A stretch of 58,715 nt of DNA, the filler included, from Ionaspis alba (Eukaryota), in NCBI GenBank assembly GCA_964255285.1. It is 6 parts of 6 records of this genome, joined end to end, with 100 filler letters (N's around TTAATTAATTAA, not from the genome) between each part and the next. Parts side by side here need not be neighbours in the genome. Positions count along the whole stretch, not along the records: positions 1 to 9,741 come from CAXUUL010000649.1; positions 9,842 to 19,553 come from CAXUUL010000650.1; 4 more parts are not named here. One strand, written 5' to 3'. Positions within the stretch are counted from its first letter, which is position 1. Each line of letters starts with the position of its first letter. Position numbers and translations under genes: made by a program. Below, piece after piece: positions 1 to 13,325 of this stretch. Under the pieces are notes generated by a model. It ran no database searches and was not told where the DNA came from. It saw nothing but the letters and a program-made list of their open reading frames with translations.

Positions 1-314
1 GGGGAAGGGGGGATCCGTTTGAGGGGTTTTGATGGAGACTGATTGTGAGAAAGGGAAAGGGGTATATTGAGATTGATTAGCTTTAGTGGAATTCTATTTG
101 TTTCTCTTCGGTTTTGGTACTTGGCGCTGCGCATGGTGTGTAGTGTTTATGATTCGTCCCGTTAGCTAAGTTGAGAACCCTGCATGAGACCTCGAGGTAC
201 AATGTCCAAGTTTTGTCACTTCCACTGAGGCAGAAACTCTGCTCGAAGATCCCTTAGTCGTATTCTCATGATCCCATCCATCTAAGCCTACTCAGGCCAC
301 ACCAAGGGCGCTCT

Positions 315-1361
315 CTAGCTTGCACGAAGTTCCGTTTCTCTTTGGCTTTCCAATGCTGCTTGGAGCTCTGACTCATATTCTTCGATCTCGTGCATCTTCT
401 TCTGTAAGAGCTTTTGATCTTGCTTCAGAATTGACTTCCTTTGGCTTAACCACGAGCTCAATTCTACGACGTTTTCACTGCTAATCGTGACCAGTCCGGC
501 ACCTTTTTCCATTCTATCCTCTTCACTCTCGACCATGCTTGGACTGCTAGCTCTAGATACCATTCGACTTGCCATCTCAAGATATCGATCTATGGCAACG
601 AGTGCCTGATCCTCCATTTCCGGCGGCCACTCACGATAGGTCGGATCGATTCGGGCATGATGGACAATATTCACTGCTACCAAGTGATTGCAGTAAAAGT
701 GGTCAAGACCTCGGATCTTGAGGAGTTGTCGGATGATTTTTGACTTGGACGGTGCTCGGAAAAAGTCGATCCAGAGGTGCAACTGATCGTGTTCATCGCG
801 CGCTCCGAGAGGGGGGAATTCAATTTCGAGACTTTGTAGATTGTGACCGAGTGATAGTAAATTGAGAGCCTTCCAAAGGTAATGTCCTGCTAAACGAAAA
901 GCGTTGGAGCTATAGCCCGAAGTTTTCTCGACCGGCTCTGAAGGACAATAACAGAACTCCAATTTCTCAATCTGGATTATGATATGCCGGAGGCGCAGGC
1001 GATTCTGAGGGCCAATCAATTGGAGAAATATATACATACTTGTTATCGAGCAGTCGTCGATATGCTGGAAATTATGACTTGTGTTATAGCATTCTTCGCA
1101 ACAGCCTCCATATGTTTTGTAGGCGATATCGTCGAAAAGAAAGACATTAAGGCCATAGAAGATTGCGGATGCCTCCACGCTGATCTCCTTGCATGTCCTT
1201 AGCAGGCCGAGCCTGTCAGAGAAATTGACCTCCTGGTAGCTACCACCATGTAGTTGCCGACTGTGGTTTGGATCTGGAACAATCTCATGTCCAAGACTCG
1301 CGAAGAGTATTCTGTAGATGTGATTGCGTATCTCCGATGGTAAGGATTGAAACCTAGACAT
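315..1361 (-). CDS. Hypothetical fungal protein with N-terminal F-box-like (2EXR/DUF7730-type) motif
   Basis: Single-exon 348-aa ORF beginning MSRFQSLPSEIRNHIY, with LLRTCKEISVEASAIFYGLNVFLF typical of this fungal family. Confidence 0.7.
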   Translation of the reverse strand: MSRFQSLPSEIRNHIYRILFASLGHEIVPDPNHSRQLHGGSYQEVNFSDRLGLLRTCKEISVEASAIFYGLNVFLFDDIAYKTYGGCCEECYNTSHNFQHIDDCSITSMYIFLQLIGPQNRLRLRHIIIQIEKLEFCYCPSEPVEKTSGYSSNAFRLAGHYLWKALNLLSLGHNLQSLEIEFPPLGARDEHDQLHLWIDFFRAPSKSKIIRQLLKIRGLDHFYCNHLVAVNIVHHARIDPTYREWPPEMEDQALVAIDRYLEMASRMVSRASSPSMVESEEDRMEKGAGLVTISSENVVELSSWLSQRKSILKQDQKLLQKKMHEIEEYESELQAALESQRETELRAS

Positions 1362-2241
1362 GATCAGGCAAAGTCGAAGCTACAGCCGTTAGATGAAGCT
1401 TAAGAATATAGAGTTTACTTCCCACCCACCTAGACTACATAGTTTTTAGAGGCAGAGAGAAGGGAGTGCTCATATCTGGCGCCAAGTGACGCTCATAGTG
1501 GAGTTGTGGATTGAGCGATAGAGGATCTCAAAGCTCAGATCTCAAGCACAAGAAGAATGCCTAGATACCGCTCATTCAAATAGCAGTCCTGAGATATGAC
1601 GGGGAAAGTTTGACACGATGGAAAGCTTGGGATGAAATCCACTGTTCAGGAACATAACAGTTAAGCGAGGTGAGTGCTACGCTAACGCAGTCGCGCTCAG
1701 TCGCGCCAGCCAAGAACATCACAGACCATTCATCAATGGTTTCACGCCACTTTGCACGAAGCCGGCTAAAACCTAGATATACATCTGAAAGTCCAACAAG
1801 CTTGCTTGTCATGCCCGTTCGTAATGGCAAATTTTCGAACTCGGTTGCTAGACATTCCTATGCCTTCGTCACGATCGTGACTGGCTCCCTATCATGCTTC
1901 CATCTCATGCTACTAAAGCCCTTTGCCCTTCTGTCCAATGCTGGGTATCATTCTCGTCCCCGTCCTAGGCCTATGCTAATGCCAATGCCAATAATGCCCA
2001 TTCCGTTCTTATGCAATGTCATCCAGTCCCAATGCAGTATGTTCTCTTGAACTATGCCCACGAAATCTATACCCTAGCCTCAATGCCCTGTCCCCCAATG
2101 CAACCCATTATCATCCATGCCGTGAGAGCCGTATTGTTTCTCATCCAACACACTGGAGGTCCTCTATCCTTGATGCACCCTAGTCCTTACCTTGAGAAAA
2201 CCCTTCGATGCCGCCCAAAAAAGTACCTCATTGTCATACAC

Positions 2242-3226
2242 TTAAGCATCGTTCGTCCCATTATCAGCGTTACTGTCACCCACTTTGCCTTCTTTGACCC
2301 CAACTTCGTTCTTCTGGAACATCGAGTAAACACTCTTCACTCCCAACGGCTTAGCAGACATGGAGAATCTCGCTTCGGGTAACCGTCGACCAGCCTTGAT
2401 GCTCTCGAGGACCCTATCATACCATCAGTGGTCCCTCACCATAAACAACTTCCATACAGACTCACCACTCCACACTCACGAACTTCACGCCCTTGCCTCC
2501 CACTTTTCTCAACTCTTTCTCGATCTTCCCTCCAGCCAGTCCTCCTCCCGCTCCCTTCCCTACTCCACTATTCGGAACCCCGAGGATCACATGCGTAACA
2601 CTCCGTCGTCCTAGCGCAATGCTCATCCTGGCACCGTGTTCGGAGAGGAGAAACTTGAGTTTGTGGTCCGAGACCATAGGCGCGGTGGAGCCGTTAATGT
2701 AGATAGTCAAGTTGGCAAAGAGAGGTGCTTTGTTATTCGTCGAGAGCCTTTGATTCGTAATCCCTGTGTCTGCCACCTCTTGGTCAAGTAGTGACTCCTT
2801 ACCATTCCTCCCAAGCCTACAAATTGCCTCCTCGTCCTCCTGCTCCATTCCTTTCTTCCCACCCACAGTCCCCACACCACTCTTCTTCACACCTCCTAAC
2901 CACAACCCCAGATCCCCATCCCCCAGATCCCTCCTGGCCGCTCTCGCCCCAGCCACCGTCCTCTCATCCCACCCTCCATTCTCTTTCCTGCCATCCAGAC
3001 CAAACTCCTTACTCCCTGCGCCGACAGTATCATACAAGCGCTTACCGCCGCCCCTACCCGAAGTGAATTGTTCACGGAGCTTCAGCGTGCGGGAGTCTCG
3101 CCACGATGGGGAGCCAGAGAGTCGGTTCTCGGCGCGTTGATGCCCTGTTGAGGAGGAGTTCCAGGGGTCGAAATTTTGACGCTGGGGGACGGCGGCCGAG
3201 GGGACGACCGGATGTCGAGGGGGCAT
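2242..3226 (-). CDS. Small stand-alone BRCT-domain protein (2 exons: 3226-2466, 2413-2242)
   Basis: LFANLTIYINGSTAP..VTHVIL..VKFVSVEW joined across a GT-AG intron (2465-2414) to VLESIKAGRRLPEARF, which completes the BRCT Trp motif; TAA at 2244-2242. Confidence 0.85.
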
Positions 3227-3500
3227 TGTTGATGGGATTTGCAAGGCTGGTGGCCGGGGACACCTTAGGGTATGCGTGTTTTGGGATTCTGGACGAAAGT
3301 GAAGAATTGATAGATGCGCTTTGTGATGAGGAGTATTTGTTTTGTTGCGGCGTGCGGGACTGTAATTAGATCTCCTTCACGCAAGACAATTCGTTCGTCT
3401 TAGACAGGAACGCCTTGCACTCAATGAGCCTCTTTGCAATCAACTTGGAGCACCTTCGAAAGCGCGCCTCCCTCATCACGATTCATCCTGAACAAGGCGA

Positions 3501-3510
3501 CGACGCGTCG
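3501..3510. promoter_or_regulatory. Possible MCB-like box (ACGCGT within the palindrome CGACGCGTCG) upstream of the BRCT gene
   Basis: ACGCGT at 3503-3508, about 280 bp upstream of the ATG; short motif that could occur by chance. Confidence 0.3.
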
Positions 3511-5287
3511 TCGTTCCACAGTTGTCGTTGCTCGAGGTAACACACCCACACCACACCCACCCAACGCACACCACCAAAAAATGACATCAACGACACCATC
3601 GACACGCCCCAGAAAGGCGCCCAAGCGACCCCTTAAGATCGCATCCTCACCCCAACCCGTCCCATCTCGGCCACCGACCGCAGCAGCAGAGTCCTGTCCG
3701 CAATCGCTAAGACCATGCAATGCACTCGCACGCAAGATGACTTGCATCGCCGCTTCTCATCACAAGCCCATGTAAGCCAAGGCAAAGCCGGCCTGCCTAG
3801 TTTTACATTGCGATGACCTAAAGAAGGTAAGGGGCTCGGACCCGAGGCGGGGTGACAGAAGTACATGTTGTGTGCACATGGTTGCATGTACTGCTCCTGC
3901 TGCTGCGCGACATGTGTGCATGGGCGCGTGCCTTGCTGTTCGTTTCCTTGCTGAGCTCAGCGTGAGTGGATAGGACGTTTGTTTATGTATATGTGTATGC
4001 AAGGACGTTGGGGATTTGGTATTTCCTGGAGGCCGTGCTTGAGATGCTGCCATGCTGGATATGCGCGCCATATCGCATATTGCGTGCTGCATGTGAGTGT
4101 GAGGTTTTAAAAAAGGAGGCAGGGAGGCGGTGGTTGCTGTGTGTGCATTGGGAATTGGTCCTGGTTGTCGGCAACAGGGCATTTGGGATCGAATTTGGTA
4201 TATTACTGTGGTCTATATATGGAAGTGGGAAAAAGGGAGGGTCTGTGGTATGTTTGGGGTCTGGGTGAATCGATGTAGATAGGGGTGGAAAGATGGGAAA
4301 GAGTCTGTGTATTCCAGATTGGTTCAGACCTCAAAGTCAGTCACAGTATCAAGCACAAGAAATCCAAAATGAGAAAAGTCCGCTTTTGCCATTACGCTCC
4401 AACGGGCAAGAACAGTAGCCAAATACCTAGTAATACCGGCCACTTCCCTGCGGAAGCCCGCCCACGATAATGGAACCAAGAAGAAAAAGAACAACAAGAA
4501 AAGAAGAACCTCTAAATGTTTTTTTCGTTCCCGCCAGCTCCACCATTCACCGATCATCCCCTCCCATGCCCTAAGCGCTAACAACGACAAACGCTTTCAT
4601 CAACATCATCATCGTTCCACCCGTTGCCCCATTCGATGCCCATCCGTCCGTTCACCCTATCACCTCTCCAACCTTGGGATCATGACAAGGCCTCTCCCAC
4701 CGCCCCTTTTTGTAGTTTGGAATACGGCGCCGATGAAAGTAATGCACCCTGAGAAATTGAGAAGGTTCTCTCTCTCATTCCCCCATATCCCATTTCCATC
4801 CCTCGTACACAAAAGCCAAGAAAAAACATCCTCGTAAATCGCGGAAGTCGTAATCGTCACACCCGCAAGGGTGGAGTCGTAGATAGAATCGAAGGGGTCA
4901 TGTCGTTAAAAGTCGTTAGAATAATGCCGCGGAAGAACCAAAAGAAAAAACAGATAGTTGAAGTCGGTGGCAGTGTGTTTCGTAGCAAAGCTTTAGAAAA
5001 TAGTCTTTGGAGAAGCTGATTCACAAAAGGAAGGTTTGGCAATATATTGAAGGTGAAGTATCGGCCTCGATATAGGAATTCCTGCAATGGCCACCAATAT
5101 GTCAATCAGTTTTTGGTGCGAATATATTAAAACTGAGCAGGGACGGCAGAATTTCAAGCTCGCTGCGTTACGGGTCGTCATAAGTCGCAAATCCAATACG
5201 CGAGATTGTTCGTCAGATTGGCGGATATCGTAAGATGATTTTGGACGGGGTGAGTCGTGGTGAGTTGTGGTTAGTGCCTCGTTATTA

Positions 5288-7474
5288 TTACCGTCCTCTT
5301 TGGATGATAGTGCTCTTTGTTCGGCTCAAGGGTCTTCCGTCTCGATCGAAAGAGGTTGCAGTTGGTGTGCTGATACTGCCTTCCCGAGCAGTCTTTCGTC
5401 GCTTCAAAGCTTCGATGTCGCCACCGCTACTCGGATGATTGTGATCCTGGTCCTCATCATCTCGTCCTCGCTTGGCCGACGGCATTGCGCCATTCATGCC
5501 TGTCGAAGCGTATCCAGACGGCAGAGGTGCAGCTGTGTAGGCATCGGAAACGGAGGTACCATTGGTCGCAGCACCACGAGAGTCACTCATGACATTGTAG
5601 AGATTGCTCGACTGAGCAGTCCGAGGTGGAGTATTGTACCCTGAAGCCCATTGCGGTTGTGGAGCAGTGGTGTTGCGAGGTGTCCCTCTGCCAGATCCAT
5701 TCTGATGAGATGGGGACCCGTTCACTTGCTCCGGGGAGAGGTGAGGATGCTCTCCGTGTAGTGATCCGATAGCCGGACCAGGGTTATAGGCATATGAGCC
5801 ACGGTTGGCATTGTAAGCAGCGTTGTTGTCGTGGTATTCGGTGTCATGTTCGTGCTCTGCTTCTTCCTCACCCGTTCCATGGCCCACTTGCTCGTTTCCC
5901 TGGCTGTGTATGTAGGGGTCAGACTTGATATCAGCATGTTCCCCTTCAGCTCCACCGCCAGTTGATCGTGATGATGGAGGTCCCATCTCGCTCTTCATGT
6001 ATGGATTTGACTGCATTGGTTGACCAAACCTGGCGAGGTTCTGTTGCGCAACATTTTGCTGGGACGCATAATGGTTCTGTTGCTGGGGAGCAGCTGAGTA
6101 CATGGGTCTTGAGGCGTCATAAGATTGTTGATTCTGGTACGGCTGCATGTTATGCATGGAACTGCCAGGTGGAGTTGTGGCGGGAGTTGTTGGCATCGAA
6201 CGTGTATTGCTCAAGCCGGTGTCGATCGATAATGGTTGTGTACTTTGAACACCACTATTCATGTTCTGAGTTCCCCATTCATATGAGCTGCCTTGGTTTC
6301 CGATGATGCTGGAGGCACTCGTTGGTGGTGTAGGAAAAGTGTGTGCTCGATCTAAACCTGGCCTACCAGCTCCTGGATGAGGAGCTATGGAGTGGGGAGG
6401 CTGCGAGACGTGAGATCCCATCGAGTTGTTCATAGAATGGTGGTGATGAAGTGCAGGAGGTTGCGAGCCTGGAGGACCAAGCATAGCGTTTTGATGCTGC
6501 TGTTGCTTCTCCTGCATTTTTCGACGCTCTGCAGCTTGCATGACCATATTCGTTCGGTTGGAATTGGTCGGATGATACAGGAGCGCGCCGATATTATGGA
6601 CGAAAAGAGGGTAGAGCAATTCAGTGATCTTCTCACGGTTGGCAAAGTCCAGAGCACGCTCGAATGGGATCCTGTAGGCGAATTAGCTCTGCGAATACAA
6701 ACTATCGGTTGATCAGTAACACACCAGACACCCTTAAGATGCATCGGTCCAATCTTGACCACATGGCGAGTCTTCTCGCTCTTCAAGATACCATCACGAC
6801 GACCACGAGTCATGCCAGCTACGTTGAGAAGCTTGGTACCATTGATCATATGGTTATCTAATCATTGTGTCAGCCGCTGCCAAGATGTACTGTGCCACGT
6901 TTCTTGAGGCTTAATAAACATGCATATGCATATGATGCAGATGCGGGTTCTTACCTTCTCGTCGTGCCACGCACACGCCCTTGGCTTCGACTTGAAAACA
7001 AAGACTTCCCTCGTCCTCCCATAGGGTCGCTGTTACGCGGGGTTTCATTCCAGGCGGAGCAACTTGACCACTTGCATCAAATGTAGGCTGCGGATAACCT
7101 TGAGTCGGACCATTAGGACCGCCGTACGGGTGCTGCGAGTGTCCACTTGGTGGCATGGCTAGACAGAATTAGAGTCTTGAGGTGATTGGATGGGAAATGG
7201 TAGGGTTACCTGGCAAGGGGAGGAGCTGGTTATTCATCTGAGGAGCCGAGACCTGTCCAACATTTTGAGGCGACGACACACCAGTAGCATAGCTATATTG
7301 AGGGTACGAAGGAGTTGGACCATAAGAACCATGTGTAGGCTGAAGCGCTGGTGCTGACTGCTGGTATTGAGGATAATGCGACATGCCGCCGGTGGTTTGA
7401 GGCTGAGATGCGTAAGATTGGCCGCTGGACATGTGGGGATGCTGAGCATCCAAGTACGGCTGATTTGAGTTCAT
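5288..7474 (-). CDS. stuA: APSES transcription factor StuA (4 exons: 7474-7210, 7158-6955, 6857-6725, 6671-5288)
   Basis: Spliced APSES domain [57 protein letters not shown]...[30 protein letters not shown]-terminus [20 protein letters not shown] resembles Aspergillus StuA; all three introns are GT-AG and keep frame. Confidence 0.97.
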
Positions 7475-9741
7475 CGTGCCGCCGTATGAGTCGTGCTCTT
7501 GGCCAAAGGCCTGAGAACTATGAGCCTGGCCAGAAAACTGTGGCTGCTGCGCTGGGTCCTCGGTTTGAACGGGAGGTAGAGTGGTTGCGGTCTGCAAAGC
7601 TGGAGATGGTGAAGGAGTTTTCAGACCAATTCCAGAAGTCGCACAAGGGAAAGAAGATGCGCTTGTCAGCGAAGAAGTATATTGAGTGCCGCTGTAATTG
7701 GGAGATGAGTCCAATGATCCGATCCGAGTAGAAGATGTCCCAGAAGAGGCACTGGCGGGGTATGTTTGCGGTAATTGCAAATTAGGCAATCGATCGCTTG
7801 ACAGCAGGGAGCGCTGTGCGGAGTGGTGATTGTACCACGGCACGTCGGTGGGACCTCGAATGTGAACCTGGGAGATGGATGGCAGCTCCAGCTTTTCGGT
7901 ATTTTTGTGAAGCGGCCGTGAGCGACCAATTGACAAGTCCTGCGCGGAATGGATATACCGGAGCTTGTTGAATGAGTTGACCGGCAGGATATAGTTATCA
8001 GGTCCAAAGTCAATTGAAACCCTAGCAATATGTACCGTCTCCAATGCTTATCGAGTCTTACTTTGTCGCGGATGTTGTGGAGTTCAGTGAATCGTCGAGG
8101 CAAGGCCGTGGCGCAAAGCAGTGAGGCTGGTGTACAGTGAATCGGAAGCAGGCTCCGTGATAGGCAATGCGACGCTTGGGCTAGATGATGGAGGTGGTGA
8201 ATCAATTGCTGCAGTGATGGGGATCCAGAAGTGCAGTATCGTATGGCTCGTTTCAGGTCATTAAAGAGGGAAGCCCTGAGGCTGTTTGCTCGTTTCAATG
8301 CAGAGGAGAAGGCAAAGGGAAGTATGTCTTTGGTACTGCTTTATTGGGATAGGCGGAATCGCGAAGGTGAAAGAAGAAGCGCTTTTGTGCTGCGCGTCTA
8401 ACGGGTACTGGCGTCGTCGTGCAATGAAAGATCGTGAAGAATCGTATGTATCATTGAAGTTCGTAGAGATGATGCTTGCGGCGAATTGGACCTTTGGGGA
8501 ATGGTTTCCCTAGGTGCTGCAACTAAAACCTAGGCAAGCTAAATCAGCGAGGAGCGGAGCTATGGTTTTGAGGGCTAGCTAGTAGCAGCGAATTGCGGCG
8601 ATTGCTCACTGATTAATGAAATTGCCAGGTCTCTTACCTCCCTATCACCTTGAAGAGAGTCATCAAAGGGGGTGGAACCAAATCGCGAAGCGCGGATTGG
8701 GGAGAGAGGGGAGAAAGAGATGGAGATTGAGAGGATCAACGGGCAAAGAAAGTCAGAAGAGGAGGTTGGGGTGCGTTGGTTGGCCCTAGCGCCAAAAACT
8801 GCCTGGCGCGATTACACCGTACCTTCTCGATATCCAATTATCCTCTCTGATACGGTCTTGCAACCCCCGAAGCTCAAATCACACTGGACTGGTTGCTCGC
8901 GCGGTCGCAATGGCTGATAGGGGTAGGTGGTATGGCCGTCAAGAATTGAGGGTTTCCTCTGTCGAAATGGCGACGAGAGTGGATGATTATGAAATGAAAG
9001 ATTGAAATGTAGGTACCGTTGCGCGGTCGTTGGTCGACCAGGTCCTCGATACTCCAATTGGTGCAAACGGCCGCCTGGGTAAAATCTGGCAGAACCGCGA
9101 AACCAGAGATTGTCTCTGCAGCAGTGGTGGCAGAAGTTAATTCCCAGTAGAGGCAAGGCAGGGCCAGAAAGGACCGACGATTCTGCTGCGATTGCGTTGC
9201 GCAGTGCAGCGGCGGAAGAACGGACCCTTTGTACACAAGATGCAGGATGCGGGACGGCGCGCCAAAGGGTGGGTAGGGGAGCTTTTTTACACTACTCTCG
9301 TTGGAGCCGAAAGGATAGTATGATATCGCTTCAGTGGCCGCGTTCGAAAATGGAGAAGTTGGTCCCGGTCGGCTCAGCAGAAGGGGGAACGAGGTAACCC
9401 CAGGTCATGCACTTTGCGAGCTGCATATCAGATGCCTGCCAGTTTGCCCAGAGCTTTTCTCTTCTCTCTCTTGATCGCTCTCGACGATGGACAGATGAGT
9501 GGTTAACACCCCGGTGTGGTGGCTCCGCAGAATGGGATAATTATGGCATCAAGGGAGGGGGGCACAGCGAACAGGGCAAGTACCAGAACGGTCTGTGTGC
9601 CGTTGGAGGAAAAAAAGGCAAAGGGCAGGACTGGCGTTCTAGTCGTACAAGCGTCGGCTTGCGTCTGGGCTGCAGCGGAATCGTCGCTCGACATGCAGGC
9701 AAGCGAGGGATAATCAGGATCCGGCTGGGGCAGGGGGGAGG

Positions 9742-9841
9742 NNNNNNNNNNNNNNNNNNNNNNNNNNNNNNNNNNNNNNNNNNNNTTAATTAATTAANNN
9801 NNNNNNNNNNNNNNNNNNNNNNNNNNNNNNNNNNNNNNNNN
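9742..9841. other. Artificial contig linker (N44-TTAATTAATTAA-N44)
   Basis: Stop codons in all six frames inside exactly 100 bp; recurs five times. Confidence 0.97.
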
Positions 9842-9965
9842 AGCTTGCAGTGACAACAAACTCTTCTCAAACGGTTCGTTCACGCTTCCTCTTCAATATC
9901 TCGGGAAAGCCCTCCGATTTCAGACATCATCACCAAGCCTAACTTTCCGAGGCAGCACTTCCACA

Positions 9966-11120
9966 TCACCTTATAACAAGGCAGCTCACAGCCTTAGGTA
10001 TGTGTATGCCCTGCGGTCCCTTCCCGTGCATCTTAGATTCTCCAATCTGTTCTTGATAAGCGTCCCCTAGCACCAACTTTCTCACCACCTCCGAGCACTC
10101 GTTCAATTCCTTTTCTTTTCTGCTATTGCACCATCCCGCGACCAATTCGAGCCCAAATGCAGCCAACCGGAGTCGCTGAAAAGCCAGAAGCGGCCCTACC
10201 CAGTCTTCTGCTAGATCCACTCGCAGAGGGCGTTCATTGACCTGCAGGAGCACTCGAAGCTCTTTGAGTCCGGGCAAGCAGGTACCAATGTCTTGGCAGA
10301 ATTCATCCCAACGCTCATCGTGCGCAGTTTTCCAGTGCACGTCCTTGGTTCGGCACGGTTCGCCGTAGGTTGCGTGCTGTATGTAGATTCGCTGGATCGC
10401 TGCGGCTGCCATCGGCCCAATAGATGAGAGGAATCGTCGCATAACATGAAGAGATGTGAAACCGAATGAGCTCTTGCCGTAGAAGACGGTCGTGGCCTCA
10501 TTACGTACTTGGTGACAAGTTGAGAGCATTGATAGTAGGCTGTTGGTGTATTGAATCGGTAGTATGACACCATCGACAGTCCTGCGTTTGATGTTTTGCA
10601 TCCGTCGCACCCTCGTAGATTTCTCGCTCACTCTTGGCTTCCAGAAGAACGACATCCATCCGCTATTAGCAGTTTGTGCAAGGCAGCCCCAGCCAAACCT
10701 TGGGTCAAGAGTTGATCGTTCTCGCAGATACCGCCAATATGACAGACCTGTAGACTTTTTGATTTTTCGAATTTCGAAGTCTTGTCGTGGAAACGCAAGT
10801 TCGTATATTTGGTTCCGGATCTCTCCAGGGAGAGAGAGAAAGCTTGTAGGATGGCTCGTGAGCCTTCCTTTAGTATCGAAGTTTTCTGCATCTGCACAAT
10901 TGACAACGTTGTTGCTGACTGGAATATCGGTCTTGCTAAGCGGAGGGAGGTCATTCTTATCGGGCAGAAGTATAACCTCGTCTAGTAGTTGGAGATCCTT
11001 CTTGTTGAACGCGAGTTCATCTTTCTTGTATATGATAGGAAACTCTTCTTTGTTGTTTTGCTTTGCCTGACGACCAACACGTTGACCCGTAGCGGCTGCT
11101 TTGGGAGCTCTTCTCGTCAT
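9966..11120 (-). CDS. Hypothetical protein with F-box-like/DUF7730-type motif
   Basis: FLSLPGEIRNQIYELAF and LLSMLSTCHQVRNEATTVFYGKSSFGF motifs; likely start MTRRAPK at 11120 (the ORF track runs through an N gap upstream). Confidence 0.75.
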   Translation of the reverse strand: MTRRAPKAAATGQRVGRQAKQNNKEEFPIIYKKDELAFNKKDLQLLDEVILLPDKNDLPPLSKTDIPVSNNVVNCADAENFDTKGRLTSHPTSFLSLPGEIRNQIYELAFPRQDFEIRKIKKSTGLSYWRYLRERSTLDPRFGWGCLAQTANSGWMSFFWKPRVSEKSTRVRRMQNIKRRTVDGVILPIQYTNSLLSMLSTCHQVRNEATTVFYGKSSFGFTSLHVMRRFLSSIGPMAAAAIQRIYIQHATYGEPCRTKDVHWKTAHDERWDEFCQDIGTCLPGLKELRVLLQVNERPLRVDLAEDWVGPLLAFQRLRLAAFGLELVAGWCNSRKEKELNECSEVVRKLVLGDAYQEQIGESKMHGKGPQGIHIPKAVSCLVIR

Positions 11121-11869
11121 GCTGAACCAGAGCTTTCCAGGAGCTGCTAGTCGTGTAGGTGTAAAAGAGACTCTGAGANNNNNNNNNNNNNNNNNNNNNN
11201 NNNNNNNNNNNNNNNNNNNNNNNNNNNNNNNNNNNNNNNNNNNNNNNNNNNNNNNNNNNNNNNNNNNNNNNNNNNNNNATTGATAGTGGTCAATAGCAAC
11301 AACTGAATATGCACTATGCTGTACCGACAATAGGACCCAAACAATTGCGTCGTTTGATTGGTCAATCTCAGTGAGAAAGGAGCCTTGACCTGAACAGTAC
11401 AATGCTAAGAGAGCAGGGAGGAATATCGCGCTAGACGTGTATGTACTCAAAGTAAACTTCACCTCTTGTAATGGATGAGGAAGCTGCAAGGTAGTGAGCC
11501 TAGTCGGCCAGCCATCAATTGAACGAGGAGAAGTCTAGTTGACAGAGCCTGATATCATGTCGTCGCTAAGTCTAACTGCACCGTGAGGATTGCACCAGGA
11601 TGGGAGGTGGGTTGGCCCCAGGGCCATCCAGCACGGATGGAACGAGCTCCATGCTAGACCGATATTGTCGAAATAATGAACGATATCCTTATGCAATGTC
11701 GATAGAGCAGTCGCGTTCCGCAATTGTTTTGATGCCGAAGTTGACTTTACGAATGGCGAAGCCTAGCATCGACGTTGAGAAGTCGATGTTCAAGATTCTC
11801 GTGACGTCGATCCTCCACCCAAACCCCAACCTCAAATAAACAACATCCTTACATGGTGAAGTAACACTC

Positions 11870-13025
<1,156 letters not shown>

Positions 13026-13325
13026 AAAGGGCGGACCTCTTGGAAACATCCACCTTCATAAGACCACTATTAGCTAGAGATGCGAGCGGTGTATCATAGG
13101 GGCACGAAACGTTCAGGTGGGTAGACGGCCACAGGCATTAGATTCTAGAATTTTGGAACAAAGTACATCGACTCTCTCTGCCGGTGTGCATGCTCAGTGG
13201 TGCTTGTATTGTGGTGATAGTTATCCACACAGAAAGGCTACACATGTTGAATATCCTATTTAGCCGAAGAGGTCTCCTCCTTAGAATTCACAGTCCCGCT
13301 GAGAGCTGCCATCAACAAGCGCTAT

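Noticed and set aside
3420..5280. Several short ORFs between the BRCT gene and stuA
   Set aside because: Low-complexity purine/TG-rich sequence consistent with promoter and long 3' UTR; no motifs or splice support.
5282..5290. Triple TAA stop after stuA
   Set aside because: Real but trivial; no evidence for a readthrough function.
8300..9741. StuA autoregulatory sites (A/T)CGCG(T/A)N(A/C) upstream of stuA
   Set aside because: Several CGCG cores are present, but those I checked do not match the full consensus.
11121..11489. N-terminal extension of the 507-aa ORF
   Set aside because: The ORF caller read through an N gap; the upstream part has no coding support.
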